The notes: generated by a model from the sequence alone, not told the origin. A stretch of 49,364 nucleotides of DNA from Reclinomonas americana ATCC 50394 (GCA_048213135.1 PS015197.1:72971-122334); one strand, 5' to 3'. Positions 32,876-47,876 are shown, numbered from the stretch's first letter. Numbers and translations: made by a program.

Positions 32876-34364
32876 AGCAAGCAGTTCGAGATGAAGATAC
32901 TGCCGTGAATGGACGATAATATGCCTGCACCGGTGCGTGGCGAGGGAGGAGCAGCTGGAGGGATGAGGGACACGGGAAGAAGTTTCACTGTGTTAGCAGC
33001 ACATACAGACTGCATGTTGTTTGTGAAATAGATGGAGCCTGTCGAAGAAGGAGAAGAAGAAAGCAGAAACCNNNNNNNNNNNNNNNNNNNNNNNNNNNNN
33101 NNNNNNNNNNNNNNNNNNNNNNNNNNNNNNNNNNNNNNNNNNNNNNNNNNNNNNNNNNNNNNNNNNNNNNNNNNNNNNNNNNNNNNNNNNNNNNNNNNNN
33201 NNNNNNNNNNNNNNNNNNNNNNNNNNNNNNNNNNNNNNNNNNNNNNNNNNNNNNNNNNNNNNNNNNNNNNNNNNNNNNNNNNNNNNNNNNNNNNNNNNNN
33301 NNNNNNNNNNNNNNNNNNNNNNNNNNNNNNNNNNNNNNNNNNNNNNNNNNNNNNNNNNNNNNNNNNNNNNNNNNNNNNNNNNNNNNNNNNNNNNNNNNNN
33401 NNNNNNNNNNNNNNNNNNNNNNNNNNNNNNNNNNNNNNNNNNNNNNNNNNNNNNNNNNNNNNNNNNNNNNNNNNNNNNNNNNNNNNNNNNNNNNNNNNNN
33501 NNNNNNNNNNNNNNNNNNNNNNNNNNNNNNNNNNNNNNNNNNNNNNNNNNNNNNNNNNNNNNNNNNNNNNNNNNNNNNNNNNNNNNNNNNNNNNNNNNNN
33601 NNNNNNNNNNNNNNNNNNNNNNNNNNNNNNNNNNNNNNNNNNNNNNNNNNNNNNNNNNNNNNNNNNNNNNNNNNNGCAGTTCACCAAGAGGAACACTTCT
33701 GAGCAGCAGCCTTGTGTTGTGAGGCATGTAGTTTGCATGTGAGTTTTCTCTTCGTGCAGCTGACTGGTGTTGTTGTTGTCGTACAAGGAAGAGCAAGGCG
33801 AGGGGAGGAAGATTGGAACCGGGGACCGTCATGCAACTTGCCAGGCGAATGCATGCTGTTGTACGTGGAGCCGCCCGGAGGCATCTATTCCATTAGTGAT
33901 GTTGCTCACTCTCACCAACATCGGACACGAAAATGGCTGTCTTGTTGACCAAGTTTAGCCGTGTTGGGAAACAACGTTCTTCGATGTTCGTGGCAGTGGC
34001 AGAGCAGCACGTCGCTGGTGCAGGATGGCCACAAGCGGGGGAGGGAGGGAGTCACCCATCGATGCGGATGATCAGAAGAAAGTGATGCTTTTATTGGGAC
34101 TGTGGATACTCATGCACCTACACTTGACCACCACCTCAGCGGGTGCGGTTGGAATGCCGTCTTGATGACGATCAGGGTTGTTGGTTTTCAACGAGTTTGC
34201 AACCTTCTCGTTGTGTTTTGTCTGCGCATGCGTCTCTTCCTCGGTATCCATCGCCCTGATGCAGCTGCTCATGTGCCCAGTTGTTCTCTGTGCAGAGCTG
34301 TTGTCCATTATCACCTCAGCACCCAGCTTCGCCTCATCCATGTTCTCGAGCTCTCCAGGATCCG

Positions 34365-34475
<111 letters not shown>

Positions 34476-34495
34476 NNNNNNNNNNNNNNNNNNNN

Positions 34496-34553
<58 letters not shown>

Positions 34554-34658
34554 TCTCTCTCTCTCTCTCTCTCTTCTTCTTCTCTCTCTCTCCTTCTTCT
34601 TCTTCTTCTCCTTCTTCTTTCCCATCATGGATTGTCGTTTTTTCATTCCCTGTTGCAG

Positions 34659-37600
34659 AACCAGCTGGCCTCGTGAAAGACAAGGAGGAGAAGAAGCACG
34701 CCGACGAGAGCACAGCCGCCATTGCCGCCGCCCGAAGTGACGCGGAGAATCACATTGCACAGGGTGCGTCTCTCTCTCTTGCAGTCTTTGATGTTCTCGC
34801 GTCACGTAATGTCTCACCTGGGCGTTACATGCACACAGCTGCTCGCGAGGAGCACATGGAACACACAGCGATGGAAGGCATTGTCGAGGTACAGTGATTG
34901 TGTGTCGTCCCATGATGAGCGCGCCTCTCACTGATCTCTCTCTCTTTCCATGTTTGCACAGCAACGTGCGAGGAGGCCGCGAGTTGACTCGTCCCTGGTG
35001 GATCGCAGTGAGGACTTGTCTGCACGTGACTCAGTTGAGACATCGTCCCGCAAGCGATCTCTGGAGGTGAGCTGCGTTGAGCCATGTGTCTCACGTGCCT
35101 CTCGCCCGTGCATGCCAGTCGAGACACCTGATGTTATTCTTCATTCTCAGCAGGTGGATGCATCCAGCGATGAAGAGCTTGCACCGCCAAAGAAAAAGAA
35201 GGTTTGGATTCTCTGCTGCTGACATTGTGGTGCTTGTTCATCGTTCTGCATATGGGTTCTTTGTGTCACTGTTGCATGTTGTGATTCACAGCGTGGCAAG
35301 ACTCGAGCTGCGAAGAAGCCAGAGGAGTTGAGCGCAGACGAGAAGCTGCTGCTGAACAAGCTGCTTGTTGCGTGTGCTTGTCACTCTGTCATCATTGCGA
35401 TCCACTTTGCTCCTACTCTCCTCGATGCACTCACTATTCTTCGTGTGTCACTCGCAGCGATGCAATCGGAGGAGGATCCTGGTGAAGGCATTTGGCCTGA
35501 TGGCACCCATCGTACACGGATACACAGTTGTGCACCATCAGAGTGTTATGTTTGAGCTTGTCTGTGACGACTGCGGGGTTCCGTTGTCGGAGCCGGGTCG
35601 CTCGTCGTCAGCAGTCAAGTGTGCATTTGGCAAGAGTCTCGGCGAAACTGCCAAGATGTCACGCAGCAAAATGCCCAAATCAGTGGAGGGCGTGCTGAAG
35701 AGCATGAGCATTTTCATCGAGGTGCGCAAGCGTGTGTGCGCATGAATGACCATGGCATGCGAACTAACATGCAGATAATTGCAATTTGCAGATGAGCCAA
35801 CTCTCCGGCGCTGCTCTGGTGGGTGCTGTTGAGAGACAACTGATTGTTGTGGATGAGCGTGGGTATTCGGAGGTGCGTTTGTTTTGCCTGATCCTCTGTG
35901 TCTGTTCTGATTATGTCGACTGACTTTCGTTCACTCGGCTGCATGTGCCAGGGATCGTGGAAGAAATTGCCAACCAAATTCAAAAGCAAGAGAGACCAGC
36001 TTCAGCCATTTGTCAAACAGACCATATATGTGATGCGCGAGTGCGATGGTCTCATGACTGCTCTGCTTCGAACCAATCACCTCAGTGAGGTTGAGATAGC
36101 ACGTGCCGTCACGTGGTGCCGATCGAAAGGTCTGCAATCTCATACCGCTGTTGGTGTTGCTGGTGTTGGTGTTGGCCAGCACCACGCAGAGTATGGCGAT
36201 GTGAAGATGGAGGTGANNNNNNNNNNNNNNNNNNNNNNNNNNNNNNNNNNNNNNNNNNNNNNNNNNNNNNNNNNNNNNNNNCTTGGCAGGGCCGTCAAGG
36301 ATATACGCTCCAACACACCCAAGTCTGTTGAAGGTTTGCTCCAGAGCATGAGCAACTTCATCGAGGTGAGCATCTGCCTGTGCAGTCCTTCTCACATGTG
36401 ACTGGAGAGTGAGCCAACATCACTGCATGTGCAACTCTGTAGAGGAGTGAACTGCGCGGTGCTGCTCTGGCGGATGCTATTGAGAGACCACTGATTGTGG
36501 TGGATGAACGAGGCCATTCTGAGGTGGGCTAACTTTCTGTTGTGTGCTATTTGCATTTCTTGGTTGTGTCGACTCACTTGCTTTGTTCACGATGTCTATT
36601 GTGGGGCAGGAGTCATGGGAGATGATGGAGAAAATGCAGAAGAACAACGACCGTCTCCTGCCGCTTGTCATCCAAGCCGCGCAGGCCCTTCGCGAGTGTC
36701 CTGGTTTGCAAGTGTCGCTGATTCGAGACGGCCGTCTTTCCGAGGAGGAGATCGCACGGGCCGTAGAGTGGTGCAGCGAAAGAGGTTTGATGGCATCGGA
36801 TGCGTTCTACTGTGTGCATTGCGTTAGGACTGACGAGTAAGATGCAGCTCTACTTGAGGCGAAGGTGCTGAAGAAAGAAGAGATGAAGGAGGAAGAGGAG
36901 GAGGAGGAGGAGGAACAGGAGGATGATCCAAGGGTCGATGGGGAAGACGATGCAGACGACGGCATGGATGAAGGTGACAGGAGGAAGGTATGACCATGGA
37001 TGATCGGCCAGGTGCACGTTGTGGCAACATCTCATCTGTACATGCACAGCAACGAGGGAGTGGTCCTGCGACAATGAGCAAGGACGAACAACTGATGCTG
37101 GCAAGGCTACTTGTTGCGTGTTTTTGCAATCGAGTGTCCTTTTGCGTAAATCGTCTTGCTCATTGTGTGTTCATTGCACCACCCATGTGTTTCATGCGCG
37201 AGCAGTGCTGTAACAGGAAGAAGATGCTGGTGACGGCATTTGGAATCATGGCGCCGTGTGTGATAGGATCCTCAATCCGTCATCATCAGCGCGTTCTTGT
37301 TGAGCTCGCCTGCAAGGAGTGTGGCATCTCTTCATCGAAAGCAGGACGGCTTTCGTCGGCAGTCGTGAGCTCATTCAGCAAGAGTCTTGGCGACTTCGTC
37401 AGGACAGCGCGCTACAAGACGCCCAAGTCTGTCGAGGGAGTGCTCCAGATAATGAGCGACTTCATTGAGGTGAGCAGCGTCCATCTTCTTGCGCAAGTTT
37501 ATCAATGATGAGCGCTAACATATGTGCCATTATGCAGAAGAGTGAACTGCGCGGTGCGGCTCTGGCGGATGCCATTGAGAGGCCGATGTTTGTGGTGGAT

Positions 37601-40136
37601 GAACGTGGTCGTTCGGAGGTGTGTGGCTTCCCCGCGCTCAGTGTGCTCTGCGCACGCGTTGTTTCTCACGTTCTGTGCTTTTTAAATTCGGATGTCAGGA
37701 GTCGTCACTCTTGCCAGGGGTGAAGCGCAACATACAGAATCCTCTTCTGCCATTCGTGGCACAGGCCGTGGATGCTCTCCACAACTGCCCGGGTCTGCTG
37801 GCCACTCTGCTTCGAGACAGTTGTCTGTCTGAGGCTGAGATTGCACGTGCCGTCAAGTGGTACCGTGAGCGAGGTTTGGCTGCGTGACACGCAATTGTTG
37901 CAAATTGTGAATACTCTGACAAACAGGCGACAGCTGTGAGGGAGATGGAGATGATAAAGAGAGAGGAGAAGAGGGAGGACGAGCAGGAGGATGATGATGA
38001 TGACGGCAGCGAGAATGAGGACGATGACGGGAAGGGAAACAGGAGACACAAGGTACGCCCGTCTCTCTTTTCTATGAGACGTGAATGATGTGTGCATTTC
38101 AAAAACTGCGCGGTTCTCAGCCACAGAGCCACAAGAGTGGCCTTGCAAAGTTGAGCGTCAACGAGCAACTGATGCTGACGAGGCTACTTGTTGCGTGTTG
38201 TTGTCACCTCTCTGCTCGGCTCCTCACTCCCACTCACCCACCGCACATGCGAGCAGGGATGTAACAAGAAGGGGATGCTGGTAAAGGCATTTGGCCTCAT
38301 GGCACCCGTGGTACTGAGAGCCACTGCCCACCATCATCAGCGCGCTCTCTTCCAGCTTGCCTGTGATGAATGCGGAATACCGTCGGAGGGACCTGGCTGT
38401 CCGTCATTCGCAGTCATGTCTGCATTCGGCAAGAGTCTTGCCAGGAGCGCTGGCACGTCACGCAATAGGACGCCCAAATCAGTGGAGGGCGTGCTCAAGA
38501 GTGTGAGCAACTTCATAGAGGTACGTGTCCCTGTGTTGGCTTTGTTCATTCGACAGTGACTTGCCTGCTTGCTGATCCGACAATCATGTGTATGTAACCA
38601 TCAGAAAAGCGGACTTCGAGGAGCTGCACTGGTGAATGCTGTCGAGAGGCCTATGATTGTGATTGACAACCATGGCCACTCGGAGGTATACGGGCGATGA
38701 TTGTGTGTATTGATGTGCATCAATGATGTTGTCTCACTTTCTCGTTTCTCGGGTGGCAGGAATCAGTCAGGCTGACGCAGATATACGGCAAGAAAAGTGT
38801 TCTCCTGCCATTCGTCACTCAGGCCATGCAGGCTCTCCGCAACTGTGCTGGCCTGCTGGCCACTCTGCTTCGAGACGGTTGCCTTTCCGAGGCGGAGATT
38901 ACACGTGCCGTTGAGTGGTGCAGTGAGCGAGGTTTGGCTGCGTGACACACATTGTTGCAAATTGTGCATACTCTGACAAACAGGCGACAGTTCTGAGGGA
39001 GATGGAGATGGCGAAGAGGGAGGAAGAGCAGAAGGATGATGATGATGACGGTAGCGAGAATGAAGACGATGACGGGAAGGGAAGCAGGAGACCTGAGGTA
39101 CGCCCTTCAGTGCTATCTGCGAGACGTGAATGATGGGTGCATTTCAAAACTGCATGGTTCTCAATCGCAGCGCCACGAAAATGGTCTTGCAAATTTGAGC
39201 GTCAACGAGCAGCTAATGCTCACGAGACTACATGTTGCGTGTTGTCGTTACCTCGCTGCTCGGCTCCTCACTTCCACTCACCCACCGCGTATACGAACAG
39301 GGCTGCAACAGGAAGGTGGTGCTGGCGAAGGCATTCGGCCTCATGGCACCCGTGGTGCTGAGAGCCACTGTCCACCATCATCAGCGCGCTCTCTTCCAGC
39401 TTGCCTGTGACGAATGCGGAATGCCCTCAAAGGGACTGGGCAGCCCGTCATCCGCAGTCATGTCTGCATTTGTCAAAACTCTTGCCGATAGTACCAAGAC
39501 TGCACGCAACAAGACGCCCAAGTCAGTTCAAGGCGTGCTGGCGAGCGTGAGTCACTTCATCGAGGTGAGTGTCAGTGTTCTGTTTCTGTGTCGCCTCCGA
39601 CCGTGACGTTTCTGTTGACTGATTTGAGTTCAATATATGCGGGACCATCAGAAGAGCGGACTTCGAGGAGCTACGCTGGTGGATGCCGTCGACAGACCAC
39701 AGATTGTCATCGACGATTGCGGCTACTGTGAGGCAAGTCTCCTTGATGTGTGGTTCTGTGAATCGATGTTAGCTTGCTCACTTTGCGTACTCTGGCAGGA
39801 GTCAGCAAAGTTGTGGAGGGGAGGCCGTCAAAATACTCTTCTGCCATTTGTCACGCAGGCCATGCATCTGCTCCACGGTTGCCCAGGTCTGCTAGCCAGT
39901 CTGCTTCGAGATGGTCGTCTTTCGAAGGCGGAGATTGCGCGTGCTGGTGAGTGCTCCCGGCAACAATCTGAGAGCACCTGGATGTTGTTGCATGTCGTGC
40001 CACAATCAGCACTGACTCGCATGTTGTAGTGCTGCATGACGAGAAGCCGGTGAAGATGGAGGTGGCGAAGAAAGAGGAGGAGGAGGAGGAGAAGGAGGAG
40101 GAGGAAGACGAGGAGGACGAGGACGAGGACATGTAG
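34659..40136 (+). CDS. Repeat-domain nuclear protein paralogue 3 (5 modules; exon 1 and part of module 2 in gaps)
   Basis: Exon 2 starts at 34659. NLS exon ~35154-35201. Modules start at ~35292, (gap)36282, 37050, 38127 and 39171. Stop TAG at 40134-40136. Exon 1 is presumably collapsed into the short gap 34476-34494 between the (GA)n and (TC)n tracts. Confidence 0.7.
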
Positions 40137-41200
40137 AGCAAGCAGTTCGAGATGAAGATACTGCCGTGAATGGACGATAATATGCCTGCACCGGTGCGTG
40201 GCGAGGGAGGAGCAGCTGGAGGGATGAGGGACTNNNNNNNNNNNNNNNNNNNNAAGTGCACCAAGAGGAACACTTCTGAGCAGCAGCCTTGTGTTGTGAG
40301 GGATGCACTCTGCATTCGAGTTTTCTCTTCGTGCAGCTGACTGGTGTTGTTGTTGTCGTACAAGGAAGAGCAAGGCGAGAGGAGGAAGATTGGAGCCGGG
40401 GACCATCATGCGACTTGCGAGACAAATGAATGCTGCTGTGCGCGCAGCCGCGCGGAGGCATCCATTCCATTAGTGATGTTGCTCACTCTCACCAACATCG
40501 TACACGAAAATGGCTGTCTTGTTGACCAAGTTTAGCCGTGTTGGGAAACAACGTTCTTCGATGTTCGTGGCAGTGGCAGAGCAGCACGTCGCTGGTGCAG
40601 GATGGCCACTAGCGGGGGAGGGAGGGAGTCACCCATCGATGCGGATGATCAGAAGAAAGTGATGCTTTTATTGGGACTGTGGATACTCATGCACCTACAC
40701 TTGACCACCACCTCAGCGGGTGCGCTTGGAATGCCGTCTTGATGACGATCAGGGTTGTTGGTTTAAAATTTTCAACGAGTTCGCAACCTTCCCGTTGTGT
40801 TTTTTGTCTGCGTCTCTTCCTCGGTATCCATCGCCCTGATGCAGCTGCTCGTGTGCTCTGTTGTCCTCTATGAGGAGTTGTTGTCTCTCACCATCTCAGC
40901 ACCAGCTTCACCTGACCCACGTTCTCTCTGCAAGAAAGAGAGATTCAGAACCAAGAGACATGCATGCTGCTGGTCATGGAGAACAGTCGCAGTTGACGAT
41001 GCACCCAAGGTTGCCCAGTTCTCTGACACTCTCTCTCACACTCCCTCTTCCCTCCACCTCGTCCTCCGCGCTTCACATCACAACTTGTCAACTTTTGATC
41101 TTGCTGTTCGGATCTACGAATCAGTGCCTCTTCTCTCTCTCTTCGTTTCTTGCATCACGCAGCGCGCGCGTGTGCGAAACAACATCCGAGACACACGCGA

Positions 41201-41552
41201 ATGGCCTCTCGCCGTCCTTCTCCTCCTCCTCCTCCTCGCCCTCGCTCAACAACAACAACAACAACTCCTTCGCTGCCAATGTCTGCCTCTTCTCCGTGCG
41301 ATGACGACGAGAAAGCAGACATGATGTTCATCGACAGCAAGCAGCATGTGACGACGATGACGATGATGATGATGCATTCCTCCTCTCTCTCCATCAACAT
41401 CAACGATGATGAGATGAAGAAGAACAGCGCATCAGGGTCGTCTGCTCATCGTGGTGTGCCTGCGATGGCGAGGCGACGAGTGCCTGTCTCTTCTTCTTCT
41501 TCCACCTCTGTCACCGCCACCAGTGTCACTGCCAAGAAGGGTGTGCGCGCGC

Positions 41553-41597
<45 letters not shown>

Positions 41598-44500
41598 TTC
41601 ATCTCTCTCCTTGTGCTTGTTGCACTTGTGTTGTCATTGTTCTCTCTGTGCCCTTCATGTGGCCACAGCTGTGCGCACTCCNNNNNNNNNNNNNNNNNNN
41701 NTCTCTCTCTCTCTCTCTCTCTTCTTCTTCTCTCTCTCTCTCCTTCTTCTTCTTCTTCTCCTCCTCCTCTTCCTCCTCCTCCTCCTTCCTCATCATGGAT
41801 TGTCGTTGTTGCAGAAACTGCTGGCTTCTTGAAGGACAAGAGGAAGCACACCGACGAGAGCACAGCCGCCGTTGCCGCTGCCCGATGTGACGCTGAGATG
41901 GGTGCGTCTCTCTTTCTCTCTCCTCCTCCTCCTTCTTGCTGTCTTTGGTGTTCTCGCGTCGCGTGTTGTCTCATCTGGATGGTGCATGCACATAGCTGCT
42001 CACCAGGAGGACATGGAACACACAGCGATGGAAGGCATCGTCGAGGTACAGTGATTGTTTGTGTCATCCCAAGATGAGCATGTCTCACGCTGAAGTCTCT
42101 CTCTGTCTCTCTTGGCATGATTGCGCAGCAACGCGCAAGGAGACGGCGAGTCGACTCGTCTCTGGTGGATCACAGTGAGGACTTGCCTGCACGTGACTCA
42201 GAAGAGACGTCGGTCCGAAAGCGTTCTCTGGAGGTGAGTTGTGATGAGGCGTACTTCTCACTTTGCCTGTCACAGCAGTCGAGACACCTCAGGTTTCTCT
42301 TAATTCTCAGCAGGTGGATGCATCCGGTGATGACGAGATTGCACCGCCGAAGAAGAGGAAGAAAGTGAGGATCCTCTGTCGCTGACATTGTTGTGCTTGT
42401 TCATCGAGCTACAGTTCGGTTCCATGTGCCAATGATGCTTGTTGTGTATTCACAGCGCGGCAAGACTCGAGCTGCGAAAGAGCGAGAAGAGTTGAGCGCA
42501 GACGATAAGCTGCTGCTGAACAAGCTGCTTGTTGCGTGTGCACTCTCTGTCATCATTGCGATCCACTTTGCTCCTTCTCCCTCCTCGATGCACTCACCAA
42601 TCTTCATGTGTCTCTCGCAGCGATGCAATCGGCAGAGGATTCTGGTGAAGGCATTCGGGTTGATGGCACCGATCGTCCAAGGGTCTACGGTCCGCCACCA
42701 CCAGAGTGCTCTAGTTGATATTGCCTGTGATGAGTGCAGTGTTCCGTCATCGGAGCGGAGTCGCGCGTCATCTGCCGGCAAGTGTGTATTTGGCAAGAAG
42801 CTTGGCGTGACTGCAAGTGATTCACGCCACTCAACGCCCAAATCTGTAGAAGGTGTGCTCCAGAGCATGAGCAACTACATCGAGGTGAGCGATCATTCTT
42901 GGCGACGACCGTGGCATGTGAACTAACATGCAGATGATTGCAATCTGCAGATGAGCCAGCTCAGTGGCGCGGCTCTGGTGGATGCTGTTGAGAGACCACT
43001 GATTGTGGTGGATGAGCGCGGATATTCGGAGGTATGTTTGTTGGTATGACTCTCTGTTTCCGTTGTGATTATGTCGACTGACTTTCGTTCACTCGGCTTG
43101 TGTGTGATAGGAATTGTGGGAGCGATTGCCAACAAAAAACAAGAACAGGAAAGATCATCTTCAGCCGTTTGTCACACAGGCCATGAATGCGTTGCGCGAG
43201 TGCAATGGTCTCATGGCTTCTCTGCTTCGAAACAATCGCCTCACTGAGACCGAAATATCACGCGCCGTCATGTGGTGTCGATCGAAAGGTCTGCAATCTC
43301 TTTTTTCTGTTGGTGTTGCTTGCACTGGTGTTGACCAGCACCACGCAGAATCTGGCGATGTGAAGATGGTGGTGAAGAAAGAGGAAGAAGAAGATGATGA
43401 TTATGATGACATCAAAGATGAAGACGATGACACAAAGGTATGCAGCAATAGAGCATGAGTAACAGAGGCTGGCTAACCAGCAAGTAAGCCTGGTGTTGTG
43501 GACTTCGCCAATCGTTGATGCCTTATGTTCACAGATGGATGCAGGCAGTGTCGATGACGAAGAAACAAAGCCGAGCAAGGTACGATGATGTAAATGCCTG
43601 TGTGTGTGGCGGATGTGTTGATCGGATCATGCATGTGATGCAGTTGCAGCGCATCAAGTGTGGTCGCCATAGCTATGATGCGGATTTGAGCAAGAACGAG
43701 CAGATGGTGCTGGACAGACTGCATGTTGCGTGTGTGTGTCCACTGCACCTCAACAAGGCAGATTGAATGCACTAACATACATTTCTCTGTCGTAACTTCT
43801 GGTGCGTAAATGTGTGCGAACAGCGATACAACAAGAAGAAGATACTGGTGACGGCATTCGGCATCATGGCGCCGATTGTGAAGCGAAACGCAGTCTTGCA
43901 TCATCTGCGGGTTCTTTTTGAACTCGCATGCAAGGAGTGTGGCATCCCTTCATCGGGAGCTGGCTGTCCGTCGTCCGCAGTCGTGGAAGCATTCAGCAAG
44001 AGCCTTGGCTATTTCGTCCAAGGCGCACGCACCAACATGCCCAAGTCTGTTGAGGGAGTGCTCCAGAGCATGAGCAACTTCGTCGAGGTGAGCATCTGTT
44101 TCTGCTGCCCATCGCGCACGACTGGAATGTGAGCCAACATCATTGCATGCATAACTCTTGCAGAAGAGTGAACTGCACGGTGCTTCTCTGGTGGATGCCA
44201 TTGAGAGACCACTGATTTTGGTGGATGAACGTGGTCATTCAGAGGTGTACCGACTTTCCTTTGTGCTATTTGCATTCGTCGGTTTTTGTGACTCACATGC
44301 TTCTTTCACGACGTCTATTTTGCTGCAGGAATCATGGGTGATAGAGAGGAAATGTATGAGCAACGACCGTCTCCTGCCTCTCATTACCCAAGCCTCGCGG
44401 GCTCTTCCGCGAGTGTCCTGGGTTGCAAGTATTGCTGATTCGAGACGGCTGTCTTTCCGAGGCGGAGATCGCACGGGCCGTCGAGTGGTGCAGTGAGAGA

Positions 44501-47500
44501 GGTTTGATGGCATCCGTTGTGTTGTAATGTGTGCATGGTGTCAGGACTGACAGACGAGATGCAGCTCTGCTGGAGGCGATGGTGCTGAAGAAAGAACAGA
44601 TGAAGAATGAGATGGAAGAGGAGGAAGAGGAGGATGGGTCGAGGGTCGACTGGGAAGAAGATGAGGACGACGACATGGATGAAGGTGACAGGAGCAAGGT
44701 ATGGTGGGGCGCGTGCACGTTGTGACTGCAGTTCATGATGCGCATGCACAGCGACGAGGGATTGGTCCTGCGACAATGAGCAAGGACGAACAACTGATGC
44801 TGGCGAGGCTACTCGTTGCGTGTGTTTGCAGTCGAGTGTCCTTATGCGTAAATCGTCTTGCTCATTGTGTGTTCATCGCACCACCCATATATTTCATGCG
44901 AGAGCAGTGCTGCAACAGGAAAAAGATACTGGTGTCGGCTTTTGGCATCATGGCGCCGATGGTGATGGGATCCACTGTCCGTCAACATCAGCGCGTGCTT
45001 GTTCAACTCGCATGCGAGGAGTGTGGCATCCCTTCATCGAAAGCAGGCTGTCTTTCGTCGGCAGCTGTGAGCTCATTCGGCAAGAGTCTTTGCGACTTCG
45101 TCAGGACAGCGCGCTACAGGACGCCCAAGTCGGCTAATGGAGTGCTCCAGATGATGAGCGACTTCATTGAGGTGCGCAGCGTCTGTATTACTCGACCGAA
45201 TCGATCTATGTTCAACGTTAATGTATGTGTCATTATGCAGAGGAGTGAACTGCGTGGCGCTGCACTGGCGGATGCCATTGAGAAGCCACTGGTTGTGGTG
45301 GATGAACGTGGCTGTTCTGAGGTGTGGCTCTCTTGCGTTCTGTGTGCAAATGCATGCTAAATGGCGTTTTTCTCGTTCTGTGCTCCGTAAATCGAATGTC
45401 AGGAGTCGTCGCGCTTGAAGAAAAACCGTTGCAATCAACGGGCCCCTCTGCTGCCGTTCTTCACACAGGCCGTGGATGCTCTTCGCAACTGCCCTGGCCT
45501 GCAGGCCACTCTGCTTCGAGTCGGCTTTCTGTCTGAGGCTGAGATTGCTCGTGCTGTCGAGTGGTGCAGTGAACGAGGTTTGGCTGCGTGACCTTCGTCA
45601 TTGCTGCACTGTTTGTACACGTACTGACAATCTGGCACAGCTCTGAGGGAGATGGAGAAGGTGAAGAAGGAGGAGAAGAGAGAAGAAGAGCAGCGGGATG
45701 ATGACGACAGCGAGAGTGAAGATGTCGACGCGAGAGGGAATGGCAGGAGCAAGGTACGCCCGTCACTTCATTTGAATTATTCAAGAGGTGTGTATCTAAA
45801 TAATTCATGGTGTGCATGTCACAGAGCCACAACAGTGGTCCGGCGAAGTTAAACATTAACGAACAGCTGATGCTGGCGAAACTGGTTGTTGCGTGCTCTC
45901 TTCATGTCACCGACAGTGCTGTGATGAACTCCTCATTCCCACTCACCCAAGGAACATGCGAACAGGGTTGCAACAAGAAGAGGTTGCTGGTGAAGGCATT
46001 CGGCCTCATGGCACCCTTGGTTGTGGGATCCACAGTCCTCCATCATCAGCGCCTTCTCTTCCAGTTTGCCTGTGATGAATGCGGAATGCCCTCAAAGGGA
46101 CCTGGCTGTCCGTCATCCGCTGTCTTGTGTGCATTCATCAAGAGTCTTGCTAATAGTGCCAACAAGGCACGCAATAGGACGCCCAAGTCAGTGGAGGGAG
46201 TGCTGGCGAGCGTGAGCAACTTCATCGAGGTGTGTGTCTCTGTGTTGACTTTGTATTTCATTCGTGCCTGCTTGCTGATCTGACACTCATGTGCATGTGG
46301 AATCATTAGAAAAGCGGACTTCGAGAAGCCGAGCTGGTGAATGCTGTCGAGCGACCACTGATTGTGATTGACGAACGTGGCCACTCTGAGGCATGTGGAC
46401 TGTGATTGTGTGTTGTTATGTGCCGATGATATTGTCTCACTTTGTCGATTCTCGGGTCGTAGGCATCAGTCAAGCTGACGTTGAAAACCGGCAAGCAAAG
46501 TCTTCTTCTGCCATTCGTCACACAGGCCATGCAGGCTCTCCACAATTGCCCTGGCCTGCTGGCCACTCTGCTTCGAGACGCTTGCCTCTCTGAGGAAGAT
46601 ATGGAGCGTGCCGTCGAGTGGTGCAGTGAACGAGGTTTGGCTGCGTGACATTCATTGCTGCACAGTGTGTGCGTGTGCTGACAAAGAGACGACAGCTCTG
46701 AAGGAGATGGAGATGATTAAAAAAGAGAAGAAGAGAGAGGACGACGAACAGGCGGATGATGACGACTGCGAGAATGAGGACGACGACGGGGAGGGAAGCA
46801 GGAGACACGAGGTACGCCCGTCACTGCTATCTATATGATGAGACGTGAATGATGTGTGCATTTCAAACGGCATGGTTCTCAATCGCAGCGCCAGAAGAGT
46901 GGCCCTGCGAAGTTGAGCATCAACGAGCAACTTATGCTCACAAGACTACATGTTGCGTGCTGCTGTTGCCTCTCAGCTCGGCTCCTCACTCCCACTCACT
47001 CACCACACTTGCGAACAGGCATGCAACAGGAAGAAGATACTGGTGAAGGCATTCGGCCTCATGGCACCCGTGGTACTGCAATCCACAGTTCATCATCATC
47101 AGCGCCGTCTCTTCCAGCTTGCCTGTGACGAATGCGGCATGCCGTCGGAGGGACCGGGCAGTCCATCGTGTGCAGTCTTGTCTGCATTTGGCAAGAGTCT
47201 TGCCGGTAGTGCCGGCACGGCACGCAGCGACACGCCCAAGTCAGTTGAGGGTGTGCTGGCGAATGTGAGCAACTACATCGAAGTGAGTGTCGGTGTTTTG
47301 TGCTGTTTCACCATCATGGATACGCGGCTGGTGACTGACTTGAGTTCAATATATGCGGGATCATCAGAAGAGCGGTCTTCGAGAAGCTGCGCTGGTGGAT
47401 GCTGTCGAGAGACCACTGATTGTGATTGACGATCGTGGTCACTCTGAGGCATGTCTCTTGGATGTGTGGTTCTGTGAATCGATGTTAGCTTCTCACTTTG

Positions 47501-47866
47501 TGTACTCTCGCGATCGGGTGGCAGGAATCGGCAAAGTTGACTAAGTACAATAGCAAACCAAATATTCTTCTGCCGTTCGTCACGCAGACCGTACATCTGC
47601 TCCGCAACAGCCCCGGCCTGCTTGCCACTCTGCTTCGAGATGGTTGCCTTTCGAAGGCGGAGGTTGAGCGTGCTGGTGAGTGCTCCACAAGCAACAATCT
47701 GAGTGCACCTGGTATTGTTGCATGTCGTGCCACTATCAGCACTGACGAGCATGATGCAGTGCTGGGTGACGAGAAGCCGCTGAAGATGGAGGTGGTAAAG
47801 AGAGAGGAGGAGGAGGAGGAGGAGGTGGAGGAGGAGGAGGAGGAGGACGAGAACGAGGATATATAG
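41201..47866 (+). CDS. Repeat-domain nuclear protein paralogue 4 (5 modules; one apparent +1 frameshift)
   Basis: ATG at 41201 (MASRR). NLS exon APPKKRKK ~42314-42365. Modules start at ~42456, ~43650, 44752, 45825 and 46889. TAG at 47864-47866. Extra C at 44407-44408 (cttccgcgag versus cttcgcgag). Confidence 0.7.
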
Positions 47867-47876
47867 AGCAAGCAAT

